Below, in pieces: positions 10,777 through 19,510 of a DNA stretch of 57,464 nt. Source of the DNA: Clostridiales bacterium DTU073 (lineage in GTDB: Bacteria > Bacillota > Peptococcia > DRI-13 > DTU073); contig LFSF01000049.1 in assembly GCA_001512665.1 (NCBI GenBank), positions 794 through 58,257 of the forward strand, read 5' to 3'. How positions within the stretch are numbered: the stretch's first letter is position 1; each line of letters starts with the position of its first letter. The position numbers and the translations under genes were made by a program. Below the pieces are notes generated by a model that saw only the letters and a program-made list of their open reading frames with translations, was not told where the DNA came from and did no database searches.

Positions 10777-11745
10777 TTAACCTACGCTTCTAAGTCTTTT
10801 TAATGTTTCCTTTAACATATGATAGCCGATTTCTGGATTATCAATATCAAGTACAGAATTTTCCAAGGGGCACATACCATCACCTGTTCGATTGACGATA
10901 CTGTTGATAATTTTTCCAAAATTGACCTGATAGCCATGGGCACCTAAATAGTCGCGGGCAGCAGCACTCATTATTAAACCATAGACACCTTTGGCGCCAC
11001 CAAGCACCAGAAGTATTGCCGCTGCTTTACCAATCACTTTGTCGACCACAAACGCACCCTGCAAAATTTCCGGCTCATTTTCATAAATTAACAACAATGG
11101 AGAAACGCCTTGTCCAGATAATGTACGAATAATCTTATCGTTTTTGATAATCACACAACTTGCCTTTCCATCTTTAATCATTTGCTTCGCTTTTTCAAGT
11201 GATAGGGTTTTAATTTCTGTATTAAATTGAAAATGCCGATGAGCAAAAGAAACAATTACGGGAAGCAATAATAATTGGATGATAATTCCCGGAATTCCTT
11301 CTATTAAAGCTCCGGTTACTGACAATGCTTGTAATACCCCGTTGTTAAACCTAAGCAAGACGGCAAAGATCAAACCATAGATTACCCGTCCGCAGAGCAT
11401 AGAAATTACTATTGTAGGATAAAGTGGTATCCTGACCTTATAATAAAGAAATCCACTTACAAACCCATATGTAAATAGCTCTCCCAACATGATCGGTAAC
11501 ATGGGAAAAAACGGCGGCATTCCCGTCAAAAGGCTGGAAAGAAAGGGAATGATTAATCCTCCCAAAGCACCGTACATCGGCCCGCATAACAGACCGATCA
11601 GAAAAACTGGTAGATGCATTGGCAACAACACTATTCCGGGTATTCCGAAAGCATGAGCGGTAAAATAGGGCAACAACAGACCAATAGCGACAAGTAAACC
11701 GGATAATACAACACGATGAGATGCGTTATTACTCAATTTAAACAC
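10777..11745 (-). CDS. ECF transporter S component fused to a DUF1893 (TM1506-like) domain
   Basis: N-terminal multi-TM region with LLPMHLPV...GMPP; C-terminal DKVIGKAAA and NRTGDGMCPLE. Confidence 0.8.
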   Translation of the reverse strand: MFKLSNNASHRVVLSGLLVAIGLLLPYFTAHAFGIPGIVLLPMHLPVFLIGLLCGPMYGALGGLIIPFLSSLLTGMPPFFPMLPIMLGELFTYGFVSGFLYYKVRIPLYPTIVISMLCGRVIYGLIFAVLLRFNNGVLQALSVTGALIEGIPGIIIQLLLLPVIVSFAHRHFQFNTEIKTLSLEKAKQMIKDGKASCVIIKNDKIIRTLSGQGVSPLLLIYENEPEILQGAFVVDKVIGKAAAILLVLGGAKGVYGLIMSAAARDYLGAHGYQVNFGKIINSIVNRTGDGMCPLENSVLDIDNPEIGYHMLKETLKRLRSVG

Positions 11746-11825
11746 TCCTTCTAGTATGCATTATTTCATTTATTTAGTACAAATATTGTCACCTACCTTT
11801 TATTATTAATTGCCAAATACGATAA

Positions 11826-11855
11826 GCACATGCCCTATCCACTATGAATATAATA
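11826..11855 (+). promoter_or_regulatory. Candidate SigK-type promoter for the cupin gene
   Basis: GCACA-N16-AATATAATA versus SigK AC-N16/17-CATANNNTA (one mismatch). Confidence 0.4.
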
Positions 11856-11880
11856 CCATTAAATACGATGAAAGGAAGGA

Positions 11881-12393
11881 ATGAATAACAATATGTATAA
11901 TTTTTATAATACAAATCCATATCTTAAGCCATGTCCTTATTATACTAACTCGCCCATATATAACCCCTACTGTCCAAAACAAGCAATTCAATTAAAGGAT
12001 TATGGACCGGCACCTTTTGTCATCAATATTGAAGATGCTGCTAAGCAAAACAATAATTTTCGTCTGGCCTTATGGACAGGATGCCATTTGCAAGTAACCT
12101 TAATGAGCATCAATGTTGGCGAAGATATTGGTTTAGAGATGCATCCCAACGTTGATCAATTTATACGTATTGAACAAGGTCAAGGGCTCGTAGAAATGGG
12201 AGATAGAAAAGATTGCTTGAATTTCCGCAGAAACGTTTGTGATGACTTTGCCATAATAATTCCCGCCGGGAAATGGCATAATCTGACGAATACAGGTTGC
12301 GTACCCCTAAAACTGTATTCAATCTATGCCCCACCTGAGCATCCGCATGGAACAATTCATAAAACGAGAGAAGAAGCGGAAGAACATCACTAA
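11881..12393 (+). CDS. Cupin domain protein
   Basis: IGLEMHPNVDQFIRIEQG, IPAGKWHN, LYSIYAPPEHPHG; N/Y/P-rich N-terminus. Confidence 0.92.
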   Translation: MNNNMYNFYNTNPYLKPCPYYTNSPIYNPYCPKQAIQLKDYGPAPFVINIEDAAKQNNNFRLALWTGCHLQVTLMSINVGEDIGLEMHPNVDQFIRIEQGQGLVEMGDRKDCLNFRRNVCDDFAIIIPAGKWHNLTNTGCVPLKLYSIYAPPEHPHGTIHKTREEAEEHH

Positions 12394-12450
12394 TATTAAA
12401 TGCTAATCTCACACTTTACTTCATATCAACTGTTCTCATATCTGCATAGC

Positions 12451-12496
12451 AAGCAAAGGTATTGTTTTTTATAATTAAAAAACAATACCTTTGCTT
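12451..12496. terminator. Perfect 21-bp hairpin between convergent cupin and azlD genes (probable bidirectional terminator)
   Basis: AAGCAAAGGTATTGTTTTTTA-TAAT-TAAAAAACAATACCTTTGCTT. Confidence 0.8.
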
Positions 12497-12516
12497 TATA
12501 AAAACCTTTTTAACTT

Positions 12517-12852
12517 TTAAATAAAAACATATTGGACAAGCACCATATAGAGAATTGTACCGCCCCCAATACTCAGAAGTATATTCTCCTTCCAATGGTG
12601 AAGCACAGTAATACAAATGATCGCTATTGCCTCCGGAAGCCAAGATGTGGGTGTTTTAAAACTAACAGCTCTAAGACAATATACTACCAATAAACCAATG
12701 GCAGAATACGGCAAAAATCGTCCAAGATAACTAATATATGAATTATTTGACTTCGTACCTTGAAATAGAATAAAAGGTAAAAACCTTGTAATAATCGTGC
12801 CAATAGTTACCATGCAAATAATAATAAAGGTTTCAAGAGCTGTTAATGTCAC
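12517..12852 (-). CDS. azlD: AzlD-family branched-chain amino acid exporter subunit
   Basis: TRFLPF, YLGRFLPYS, LLVVYCL, LLSIGGGT; overlaps azlC stop. Confidence 0.9.
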   Translation of the reverse strand: MTLTALETFIIICMVTIGTIITRFLPFILFQGTKSNNSYISYLGRFLPYSAIGLLVVYCLRAVSFKTPTSWLPEAIAIICITVLHHWKENILLSIGGGTILYMVLVQYVFI

Positions 12853-13604
12853 TGTGCTCCCTCCTCTGCTAGTTTTTTCTCTGCTAACTCTTTCTCTACT
12901 AGATATTCTTTTCGCGATATTGTTAATACTGCTAAGATCGCAATCATAGCAGGTATAATAAAATTGCTAGGTCCGAAGATAACCAAACAAATAACAGAAC
13001 ACAAAACACCGATTATCGCCGGTTTATGGTTTTTCTGAGCTTTCCATTGTCCCACAAAAATTACCACAAAAAGGGCAGTTAAAACAAAATCTAGGCCCTT
13101 GGTATTAAAAGAAATCATCGAACCCAACAGCCCACCAAGTGCAGAGCCTATAACCCAATAGCTATGGTCAAGCAACGTAATGAAAAACATAAACCAGTTT
13201 CTATTTACACCTTCAGGTGGCTCTGTTGAACAAACAATCGAAAAGGTTTCATCACACAGACCAAAAATCAAATATGCTTTTAATTTACCGGTATCTTTAT
13301 ACTTATCAAGCATTGAAATACCATAAAAGATATGCCGAGCATTTACCATTAAGGTCATCAGCAAGGCGTAAATTGGATTAAAAACTGATGTGAGAAAAGT
13401 AATTGCCACATATTGTGCTGAACCTGCAAATGCTAAAAGACTGAACAAAACTGTCCATCCAACACCATAACCCTTACTGTTCATTAATATCCCAAAGGCA
13501 ATACCTAAAAAGGTAAACCCAATAAGTACAGGAATAGTATAGGGGAAAGCCACCTTTAGTGCTTTGATTTTTTCCTGCATATCTTTCACCTCTCTAAACT
13601 TCAT
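12849..13604 (-). CDS. azlC: AzlC-family branched-chain amino acid exporter permease
   Basis: FAGSAQ, VNARHIFYG, LCDETFS, GLDFVLTALF; true start may be the second Met. Confidence 0.93.
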   Translation of the reverse strand: MKFREVKDMQEKIKALKVAFPYTIPVLIGFTFLGIAFGILMNSKGYGVGWTVLFSLLAFAGSAQYVAITFLTSVFNPIYALLMTLMVNARHIFYGISMLDKYKDTGKLKAYLIFGLCDETFSIVCSTEPPEGVNRNWFMFFITLLDHSYWVIGSALGGLLGSMISFNTKGLDFVLTALFVVIFVGQWKAQKNHKPAIIGVLCSVICLVIFGPSNFIIPAMIAILAVLTISRKEYLVEKELAEKKLAEEGAQ

Positions 13605-14323
13605 TCATGGGTACGCAAGATTTCGAATTTCCTTTTTCCGATTTGTTGTTTTTCTAAACGTATAAATTTTTCATTTTTTACTTTTTGTTGCTTATTCATA
13701 CAAAGCCCTATAATTGTATCTGCAGAACAAATACCATGGAGTACATCTAATAACTTATCTATAACTTTCTCCTCATTTCCTCTCCAGTCGACCATATAAC
13801 CATAAGGGACATCAGTAACAATAATATCTGGTTTTATTCTAAGATTAATCTCCTCTAAAGCATCAGCATAAAAAACATCAAATTCAATCTTGGTTCTAAG
13901 CAAACTCTTGAGGACAATAGCACTGTTTTTAGCTTCTAGATGTGCTTGCTTTTGATAACTTAAGATCATTTGCTCAATCTCTGTTATTCGCCGGTTTATT
14001 CCTTCTTTACTTAATAATGATAAATTCTTTTTTGCTGTATTAAGTAATTCTAAGTTAATGTCACTTCCCATGATTCTCCCAATCGTGTCTTGATTTAAAA
14101 ATCCCAATACGGTAAGTAAATATCCCCCACCACAACAACAATCATATAAACAAATGTTATTCTTTTTAGATGAGTATTGTAAGCACCTTCCATAAATCTC
14201 TTGGGCTAATCTTACCGGAAAATTGGTCATACCACTTCCATGATAGAGAACACGGCCACTGGCAAAGTTTTCGTAATTATCTTTTTCTGCATATCTATAT
14301 TTCATCAAAAAACCCTCGTCCAC
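13601..14323 (-). CDS. AviRa-like rRNA methyltransferase
   Basis: FASGRVLY..G...FPVRLA.EI, YDCCCGGGYLLTVLG, IIVTDVPYG. Confidence 0.75.
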   Translation of the reverse strand: MDEGFLMKYRYAEKDNYENFASGRVLYHGSGMTNFPVRLAQEIYGRCLQYSSKKNNICLYDCCCGGGYLLTVLGFLNQDTIGRIMGSDINLELLNTAKKNLSLLSKEGINRRITEIEQMILSYQKQAHLEAKNSAIVLKSLLRTKIEFDVFYADALEEINLRIKPDIIVTDVPYGYMVDWRGNEEKVIDKLLDVLHGICSADTIIGLCMNKQQKVKNEKFIRLEKQQIGKRKFEILRTHE

Positions 14324-14421
14324 ATATAATAATTAATAGTTATTATAGCAAATAAATCCGTCTTCTTATATACTGTTATCTTATATAGATGATTATAGAA
14401 ATGATAACTGTATAATCCATT

Positions 14422-14970
14422 TCAGCTGTCATTTCGTAATTTTTTTGCATAAATTTCTGTATAGGTTAATTTACCTTTGAGCCGTTCAGACTTCATTAAG
14501 CTGATTTTACTTATTTCAATTTGCATGGGTTTTATTAATTTAGAAAACTCCGCTTGATTAAACTGTTGATTAAGTATAATTCTTCTACCTAAAGTTAAAT
14601 GTGGTCTGTACTCTCGTTTATCTATAGAAAAACCTGCTAGCATAAGTTCTTGACTAAGTTGTTTCTGAAGAGCAAAGAGCCTATTGTTTCTGTCTATCCC
14701 CAACCAATAGATATCTCCGCCATCCCGTTTAAAATGTCCCAGATGATCTCTGATCGTCAAGACAAATGGAGCTATATTAACTTTATCCATAAGCTGTTTT
14801 ATGTTATTAACTTTAGCAGGAACAACCTCCCCTAGAAATACCAAGGTTAGATGTAAATTTTCCACCAAAGTAAAATTTCCCTGAATTGCCTGTTCTTTAA
14901 GTCTATTGATAATCTCATTAAGACTGGCCTTTATCTCCTCATTAAAATTAATCGCCATAAACAACCGCAT
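14422..14970 (-). CDS. thpR: RNA 2',3'-cyclic phosphodiesterase (2H phosphoesterase)
   Basis: MRLFMAI start and two HxT motifs (HLTLVFLG, PHLTLGR). Confidence 0.93.
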   Translation of the reverse strand: MRLFMAINFNEEIKASLNEIINRLKEQAIQGNFTLVENLHLTLVFLGEVVPAKVNNIKQLMDKVNIAPFVLTIRDHLGHFKRDGGDIYWLGIDRNNRLFALQKQLSQELMLAGFSIDKREYRPHLTLGRRIILNQQFNQAEFSKLIKPMQIEISKISLMKSERLKGKLTYTEIYAKKLRNDS

Positions 14971-15073
14971 ATATTACCACCCCTTCTATCATTTTTCAGT
15001 TAACAATTAGTGGTTTCGAAACCTTATTATAACCAATCTCTTCAGCATTTTCAAAATTCCTTGGAGTTTAAAA

Positions 15074-15150
15074 ATAGACATAGACAATAGAAAAGGATAC
15101 TGTCTTACATGTACATTAAAAACAGTACCCTTTTCTATTGTCTATTCTAT
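15074..15150. repeat. Long imperfect inverted repeat (terminator or REP-like)
   Basis: ATAGACAATAGAAAAGGATACTGT ... ACAGTACCCTTTTCTATTGTCTAT. Confidence 0.8.
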
Positions 15151-15185
15151 ATTGTATATGAAGAACTAAAATTGTATGTGAAAAA

Positions 15186-15818
15186 CTAAATTGCTCTTAA
15201 AGATACACCGTCAAGCAGCCAAAAGGTTGGATTTGTAGTGCCCTGATCTTCTATCTCCACGAAAAACTCCACAGAAACGCTGGTGACATCAAAAGGTATA
15301 GGAACATCCGACACTTTCTGGTGGAAAACATAACCCTGCCTCGCCTGAACAGAATCATAATCATATTCAATATCTATGAAATTAGCCGCCCCTTGAAAGA
15401 CCTTAGCACTGATTTTAAGATCGCGAAATCCGTCTCCAGCCTGCAGGAAATTATCGGCAAAGCTTAAAACCAAGAAACATCCGGGAGTCACAGTAACCCA
15501 TTGCTGAAATTCAGCAGTTTTTATTTCTACATTAGCTGACGGTGTAGAACCAAATTGCGCACTAAACCGCCCTTCATATGCGAGATCCGACTCAGCAATA
15601 CTAATACCGTCTGTGTCTTCAAGCCAATAAGCAAAGCTATCAAATACACCAATCTCTTCAAACCCACCGTTTTTGAGCAGTTCTGTCGGCGGGCAGGGGC
15701 GACAGATAGACGTGTTTTCTTTCTCTACTATTTGGCAATTATTGTTGTTTACTAAAGTTGGTTTAATATCTTTACTCTCTTTTTTCAAGCAAGCTCTTGA
15801 TTCATCATCAGAATGCAT
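15186..15818 (-). CDS. Hypothetical protein with beta-sandwich/CBM-like domain; probable spore-surface protein
   Basis: Cys-containing N-terminus, LLKNGGFE motif, C-terminal LDGVSL; no signal peptide; GAGAGGAG RBS; SigK-type promoter. Confidence 0.65.
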   Translation of the reverse strand: MHSDDESRACLKKESKDIKPTLVNNNNCQIVEKENTSICRPCPPTELLKNGGFEEIGVFDSFAYWLEDTDGISIAESDLAYEGRFSAQFGSTPSANVEIKTAEFQQWVTVTPGCFLVLSFADNFLQAGDGFRDLKISAKVFQGAANFIDIEYDYDSVQARQGYVFHQKVSDVPIPFDVTSVSVEFFVEIEDQGTTNPTFWLLDGVSLRAI

Positions 15819-15863
15819 ATCTTCACTCCTCTCAAAGTTTTAACATCAGATTTAGTTACATAA

Positions 15864-15893
15864 TATGATATGCTCACATAGACAAGTAGGTTA
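15864..15893 (-). promoter_or_regulatory. SigK-type promoter
   Basis: AACC-N16-CATATCATA on the minus strand. Confidence 0.6.
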
Positions 15894-15909
15894 CCTCAGA
15901 TATACATAA

Positions 15910-15955
15910 AAACAGGGTACTAACACCTAAAAAAATAAGTGTCAATACCCTGTTT
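15910..15955. repeat. Palindrome/terminator after rubrerythrin
   Basis: AAACAGGGTACTAACAC ... GTGTCAATACCCTGTTT. Confidence 0.8.
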
Positions 15956-15980
15956 CTCTTGATACAGAAATACTAAAGCT

Positions 15981-16571
15981 TTATTTTCCAAAAAATGAAT
16001 CAGAAAATGGCATGAAAAACCCTTGTGGATGTTGACATACATTACAAATCTCTGGCGCATCTTTACCTACATGAATATTGCCACATACAGTACAAATCCA
16101 AGGAATTTCTTCTTCCCTCCTGAATATAGCTCCGTTTTCTATTTCATCAGCTAGTCTCCCAAATCTATCTGCATGGGTTTTTTCAATATTTGCTATACCC
16201 TCAAAAACCTGCGCAATTTCCGTAAAACCCTCTTCCTTGGCTATTTTTCCAAAACTCTTATATACTTCATTCCATTCTTCTAACTCATTATGCTGAGCTG
16301 CCCTCAGAGCCTTAACGGTATCATCACACAAATCAACGGGATAAGCCCCGGAAATGTTAATATTATCACCTGCAAAATCTTTTAGCTTTTGATAGAAAAC
16401 TTTAGCATGTGCTCTCTCCTGTTCTGCAGTATAATCAAATACAGCTCCGACTACATGAAATCCTTCTTTCTTTGCAGCAGATGAGGCTATATTATAACGA
16501 TTTCTTGCCTGACTCTCTCCTGCGAATGCCCTCATTAAATTTTCATACGTCTTACTACCTTTTAAATTCAT
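15981..16571 (-). CDS. rbr: Rubrerythrin
   Basis: AFAGESQARNRY, EQERAHA, EKTH, C-terminal CTVC...CNVC rubredoxin-like domain. Confidence 0.96.
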   Translation of the reverse strand: MNLKGSKTYENLMRAFAGESQARNRYNIASSAAKKEGFHVVGAVFDYTAEQERAHAKVFYQKLKDFAGDNINISGAYPVDLCDDTVKALRAAQHNELEEWNEVYKSFGKIAKEEGFTEIAQVFEGIANIEKTHADRFGRLADEIENGAIFRREEEIPWICTVCGNIHVGKDAPEICNVCQHPQGFFMPFSDSFFGK

Positions 16572-16691
16572 ATATATTTCTCCTTTTTTTATTTGTTATA
16601 TTCAATTGGTTGCTATTTTATTATTTGTTAAAAATATCAACTCATATTTATGGTAATTTATACAATTATTAAGTAATAGTTATAACAAAAT

Positions 16692-16732
16692 AGGGTACTA
16701 ACACTAAAAAAAATATTAAGTGTCAGTACCCT
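16692..16732. repeat. Palindrome/terminator after ppdK, near-copy of 15910-15955
   Basis: AGGGTACTAACACT ... AGTGTCAGTACCCT. Confidence 0.8.
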
Positions 16733-16816
16733 CATTCTATTTTTTATTAGAAATTCTTAAAGCCTTAACACATGAAGTCTAATAAGCTTTATCTATATTT
16801 TTTAGCCTTACCTCGA

Positions 16817-19465
16817 TTAATCTTTATTGATAATCGCCGCTTGAGCGGCAGCTAACCGGGCAATAGGTACGCGGAATGGTGAGCAGCTAACAAAATCCAA
16901 ATTGATTAAATGACAGAACTCTACAGAATTAGGATCTCCACCATGCTCTCCACAAATACCAATTAACAAATCTTTCTTTGTGGACCGACCTTTCGTAACA
17001 GCCAGTTGCATTAATTGACCAACACCGTCCCGATCAATTACCATGAAAGGATTCTCTTTAAGAATCTTTTTCTCGAGATAAGGTGTCATAAATTTACCTT
17101 CAGCATCATCACGACTAAAACCTAAAGTAGTTTGAGTTAAATCATTTGTACCAAAGGAGAAGAAATCTGCAGCTTCAGCAAGCTCATGAGCAGTCAGACA
17201 AGCACGTGGCAATTCAATCATAGTTCCGACAAAGTATTCAAATTTAATGTTGGTTTCTGCCATCACTTCTTCGGCTACTTTTTCTATTTCACCTCTTAAG
17301 AATGTTAATTCATTTCTGTCTATTACTAAAGGAATTTCTACTTCAGGGATAACAACGACTCCTTCTTTTACTAAACGCGCACAAGCTTGGAAAATAGCTC
17401 TGGCTTGCATCCGATAAATCTCAGGATAAGTGACCCCTAAACGGCAACCTCTGTGTCCCAGCATTGGGTTGAATTCATGTAAGCTTCTAGCTTTCATCAG
17501 TAAATTTTCTTTTTCCGCTATATCCTTCGGATCAGCATTCCTATGTTTCATTTCCACAATTTCAATAGCTAATTCTTCTGTATCAGGAAGGAATTCATGT
17601 AAAGGCGGGTCTAAAAGACGAATTGTTACGGGGAAACCATCCATAGCCTTTAATATTCCATAAAAATCTTCTTCTTGGATCGGCAAGAGTTTATTCAAGG
17701 CTTCTTGTCTCTGTTCCAAGGTTTCTGATAAAATCATTTTCTGCACAATGGGAATACGATCCGGAGCCATAAACATGTGCTCGGTCCGACACAAACCAAT
17801 TCCTTCTGCACCAAATTCGCGAGCTTTTGCAGCATCAGCAGGAGTATCAGCATTAGTACGAACACCTAATCTTTTTACTTCATCAGCCCATGTAAGTAAT
17901 TTCTGGAATTCACCACTTAATGCGGGATCAATAAGTTTTGCCTCTCCTAACATCACCCGACCGGTACTTCCATCCAGAGAAATAACGTCACCCTCTTTAA
18001 GGACTAAGTCTTTTATCTGAATTTGTCCAGCCTCAAAATCTATTTTTATGCTTTCACAACCACAAACACAACATTTACCCATACCACGTGCTACCACTGC
18101 AGCGTGACTGGTCATCCCGCCTCTACTGGTTAGAACACCTTGTGCAGCCACAATTCCATGTATATCATCCGGGGTTGTCTCTGTACTTACTAAGATTACC
18201 TTTTTACCTTCTTTACCCAACTCTTCTGCTTTATCCGCATTTAAGACAATCGCTCCGGAAGCCGCTCCCGGCGAAGCAGGAAGTCCTTGAGCCACAACAT
18301 TCAACTTAGCAATAGGATCAATTCTCCTGTGTAATAATTGATTCAAAGAACTGGGTTCAACTCTTAATAATGCTTCTTCTTTAGAAATCAAGCCTTCTTC
18401 ATGCATATCAACGGCGACTTTAACCGCAGCGTGCGCTGTCCTCTTGCCGCTTCTTGTCTGGAGAATATAAAGTTTACCTTGTTCGATTGTAAACTCAATA
18501 TCTTGCATATCACGATAATGATTTTCCAAAGTATTGCAGATCTCAACAAATTGGGCATATATCTCAGGAGATTCCTTCTCTAAATCACTGATCGGATGAG
18601 GTGTACGAATTCCGGCTACAACATCCTCGCCTTGTGCATTCATTAGGTATTCTCCATAGATTTTCTTTTCCCCCGTAGATGGATTACGTGTGAAAGCAAC
18701 TCCGGTCCCCGAATCATCTCCTGTATTACCAAAAACCATCGTCTGAACATTAACGGCTGTGCCTAAATCATCAGGGATGCGATTGATTTTCCGATAAACT
18801 TCAGCCCGAGGATTATACCATGACGCAAAAACCGCCCTAACAGCCATCATTAGTTGTTCTTTAGGATCAGTTGGGAATGAACGACCTGTTTTTTCTTGTA
18901 CAATAGCTTTATATTTTTCGATCAACTTTTCTAAATCTGCGGCGCTCAAATCCTTATCTACACTTACACCTGCTTCTTCTTTAACTTGGTCTATCGCCTT
19001 CTCAAAAAGACTATGTTCAACTTCCATAACAACATTAGCAAACATTTGAATAAAACGTCTATAGCAATCCAAAACAAAACGACGATTGTTGGTAGATTTA
19101 ATCAGACCGGCCATAGTATCTTCATTAAGACCTAAATTAAGTATAGTATCCATCATACCCGGCATAGAAACCGGAGCACCGGAACGAACTGAAACAAGCA
19201 GAGGATTAGTGGAATCTCCAAATTTTTTACCGGTTTCTTTTTCAACGTCGGAAAGTTTTTCCCAGATTTCTTCTTCTAATCCTTTAGGTAATTTTTCGCC
19301 CTGTTTGAAATATTCCTTACAAGCTTCCGTGGTAATGGTTAAACCAGGTGGCACAGGTAAACCAATGCTTTTCATTTCGGCGAGGTTCGCACCTTTACCA
19401 CCCAATAAAGCTTTCATCTCTGCCTTCCCTTCGTTAAATAGGAACACATACTTAGTTTTACTCAC
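16817..19465 (-). CDS. ppdK: Pyruvate, phosphate dikinase
   Basis: LLGGKGANLAEM, SMPGMMDTILNLG, GGMTSHAAVVARG, GICGEHGG; start likely GTG 19465 after GAGGTG. Confidence 0.99.
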   Translation of the reverse strand: MSKTKYVFLFNEGKAEMKALLGGKGANLAEMKSIGLPVPPGLTITTEACKEYFKQGEKLPKGLEEEIWEKLSDVEKETGKKFGDSTNPLLVSVRSGAPVSMPGMMDTILNLGLNEDTMAGLIKSTNNRRFVLDCYRRFIQMFANVVMEVEHSLFEKAIDQVKEEAGVSVDKDLSAADLEKLIEKYKAIVQEKTGRSFPTDPKEQLMMAVRAVFASWYNPRAEVYRKINRIPDDLGTAVNVQTMVFGNTGDDSGTGVAFTRNPSTGEKKIYGEYLMNAQGEDVVAGIRTPHPISDLEKESPEIYAQFVEICNTLENHYRDMQDIEFTIEQGKLYILQTRSGKRTAHAAVKVAVDMHEEGLISKEEALLRVEPSSLNQLLHRRIDPIAKLNVVAQGLPASPGAASGAIVLNADKAEELGKEGKKVILVSTETTPDDIHGIVAAQGVLTSRGGMTSHAAVVARGMGKCCVCGCESIKIDFEAGQIQIKDLVLKEGDVISLDGSTGRVMLGEAKLIDPALSGEFQKLLTWADEVKRLGVRTNADTPADAAKAREFGAEGIGLCRTEHMFMAPDRIPIVQKMILSETLEQRQEALNKLLPIQEEDFYGILKAMDGFPVTIRLLDPPLHEFLPDTEELAIEIVEMKHRNADPKDIAEKENLLMKARSLHEFNPMLGHRGCRLGVTYPEIYRMQARAIFQACARLVKEGVVVIPEVEIPLVIDRNELTFLRGEIEKVAEEVMAETNIKFEYFVGTMIELPRACLTAHELAEAADFFSFGTNDLTQTTLGFSRDDAEGKFMTPYLEKKILKENPFMVIDRDGVGQLMQLAVTKGRSTKKDLLIGICGEHGGDPNSVEFCHLINLDFVSCSPFRVPIARLAAAQAAIINKD

Positions 19466-19510
19466 ACTTATCCACCTCACTATTAATTTAAATAAAGCTG
19501 CTAAAAAAAA

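Noticed and set aside
12416-12643. 75-aa minus-strand ORF overlapping azlD
   Set aside because: Alternative frame running through a terminator hairpin; no recognisable motif
7589-16571. Selenocysteine or pyrrolysine read-through in the redox genes
   Set aside because: The flavoprotein, aldo-keto reductase and rubrerythrin look full-length with Cys motifs intact; no in-frame stop splits a domain
16655-16686. Possible PerR/Fur box upstream of rubrerythrin
   Set aside because: Several mismatches to TTATAATNATTATAA in very AT-rich DNA; plausible but unsupported
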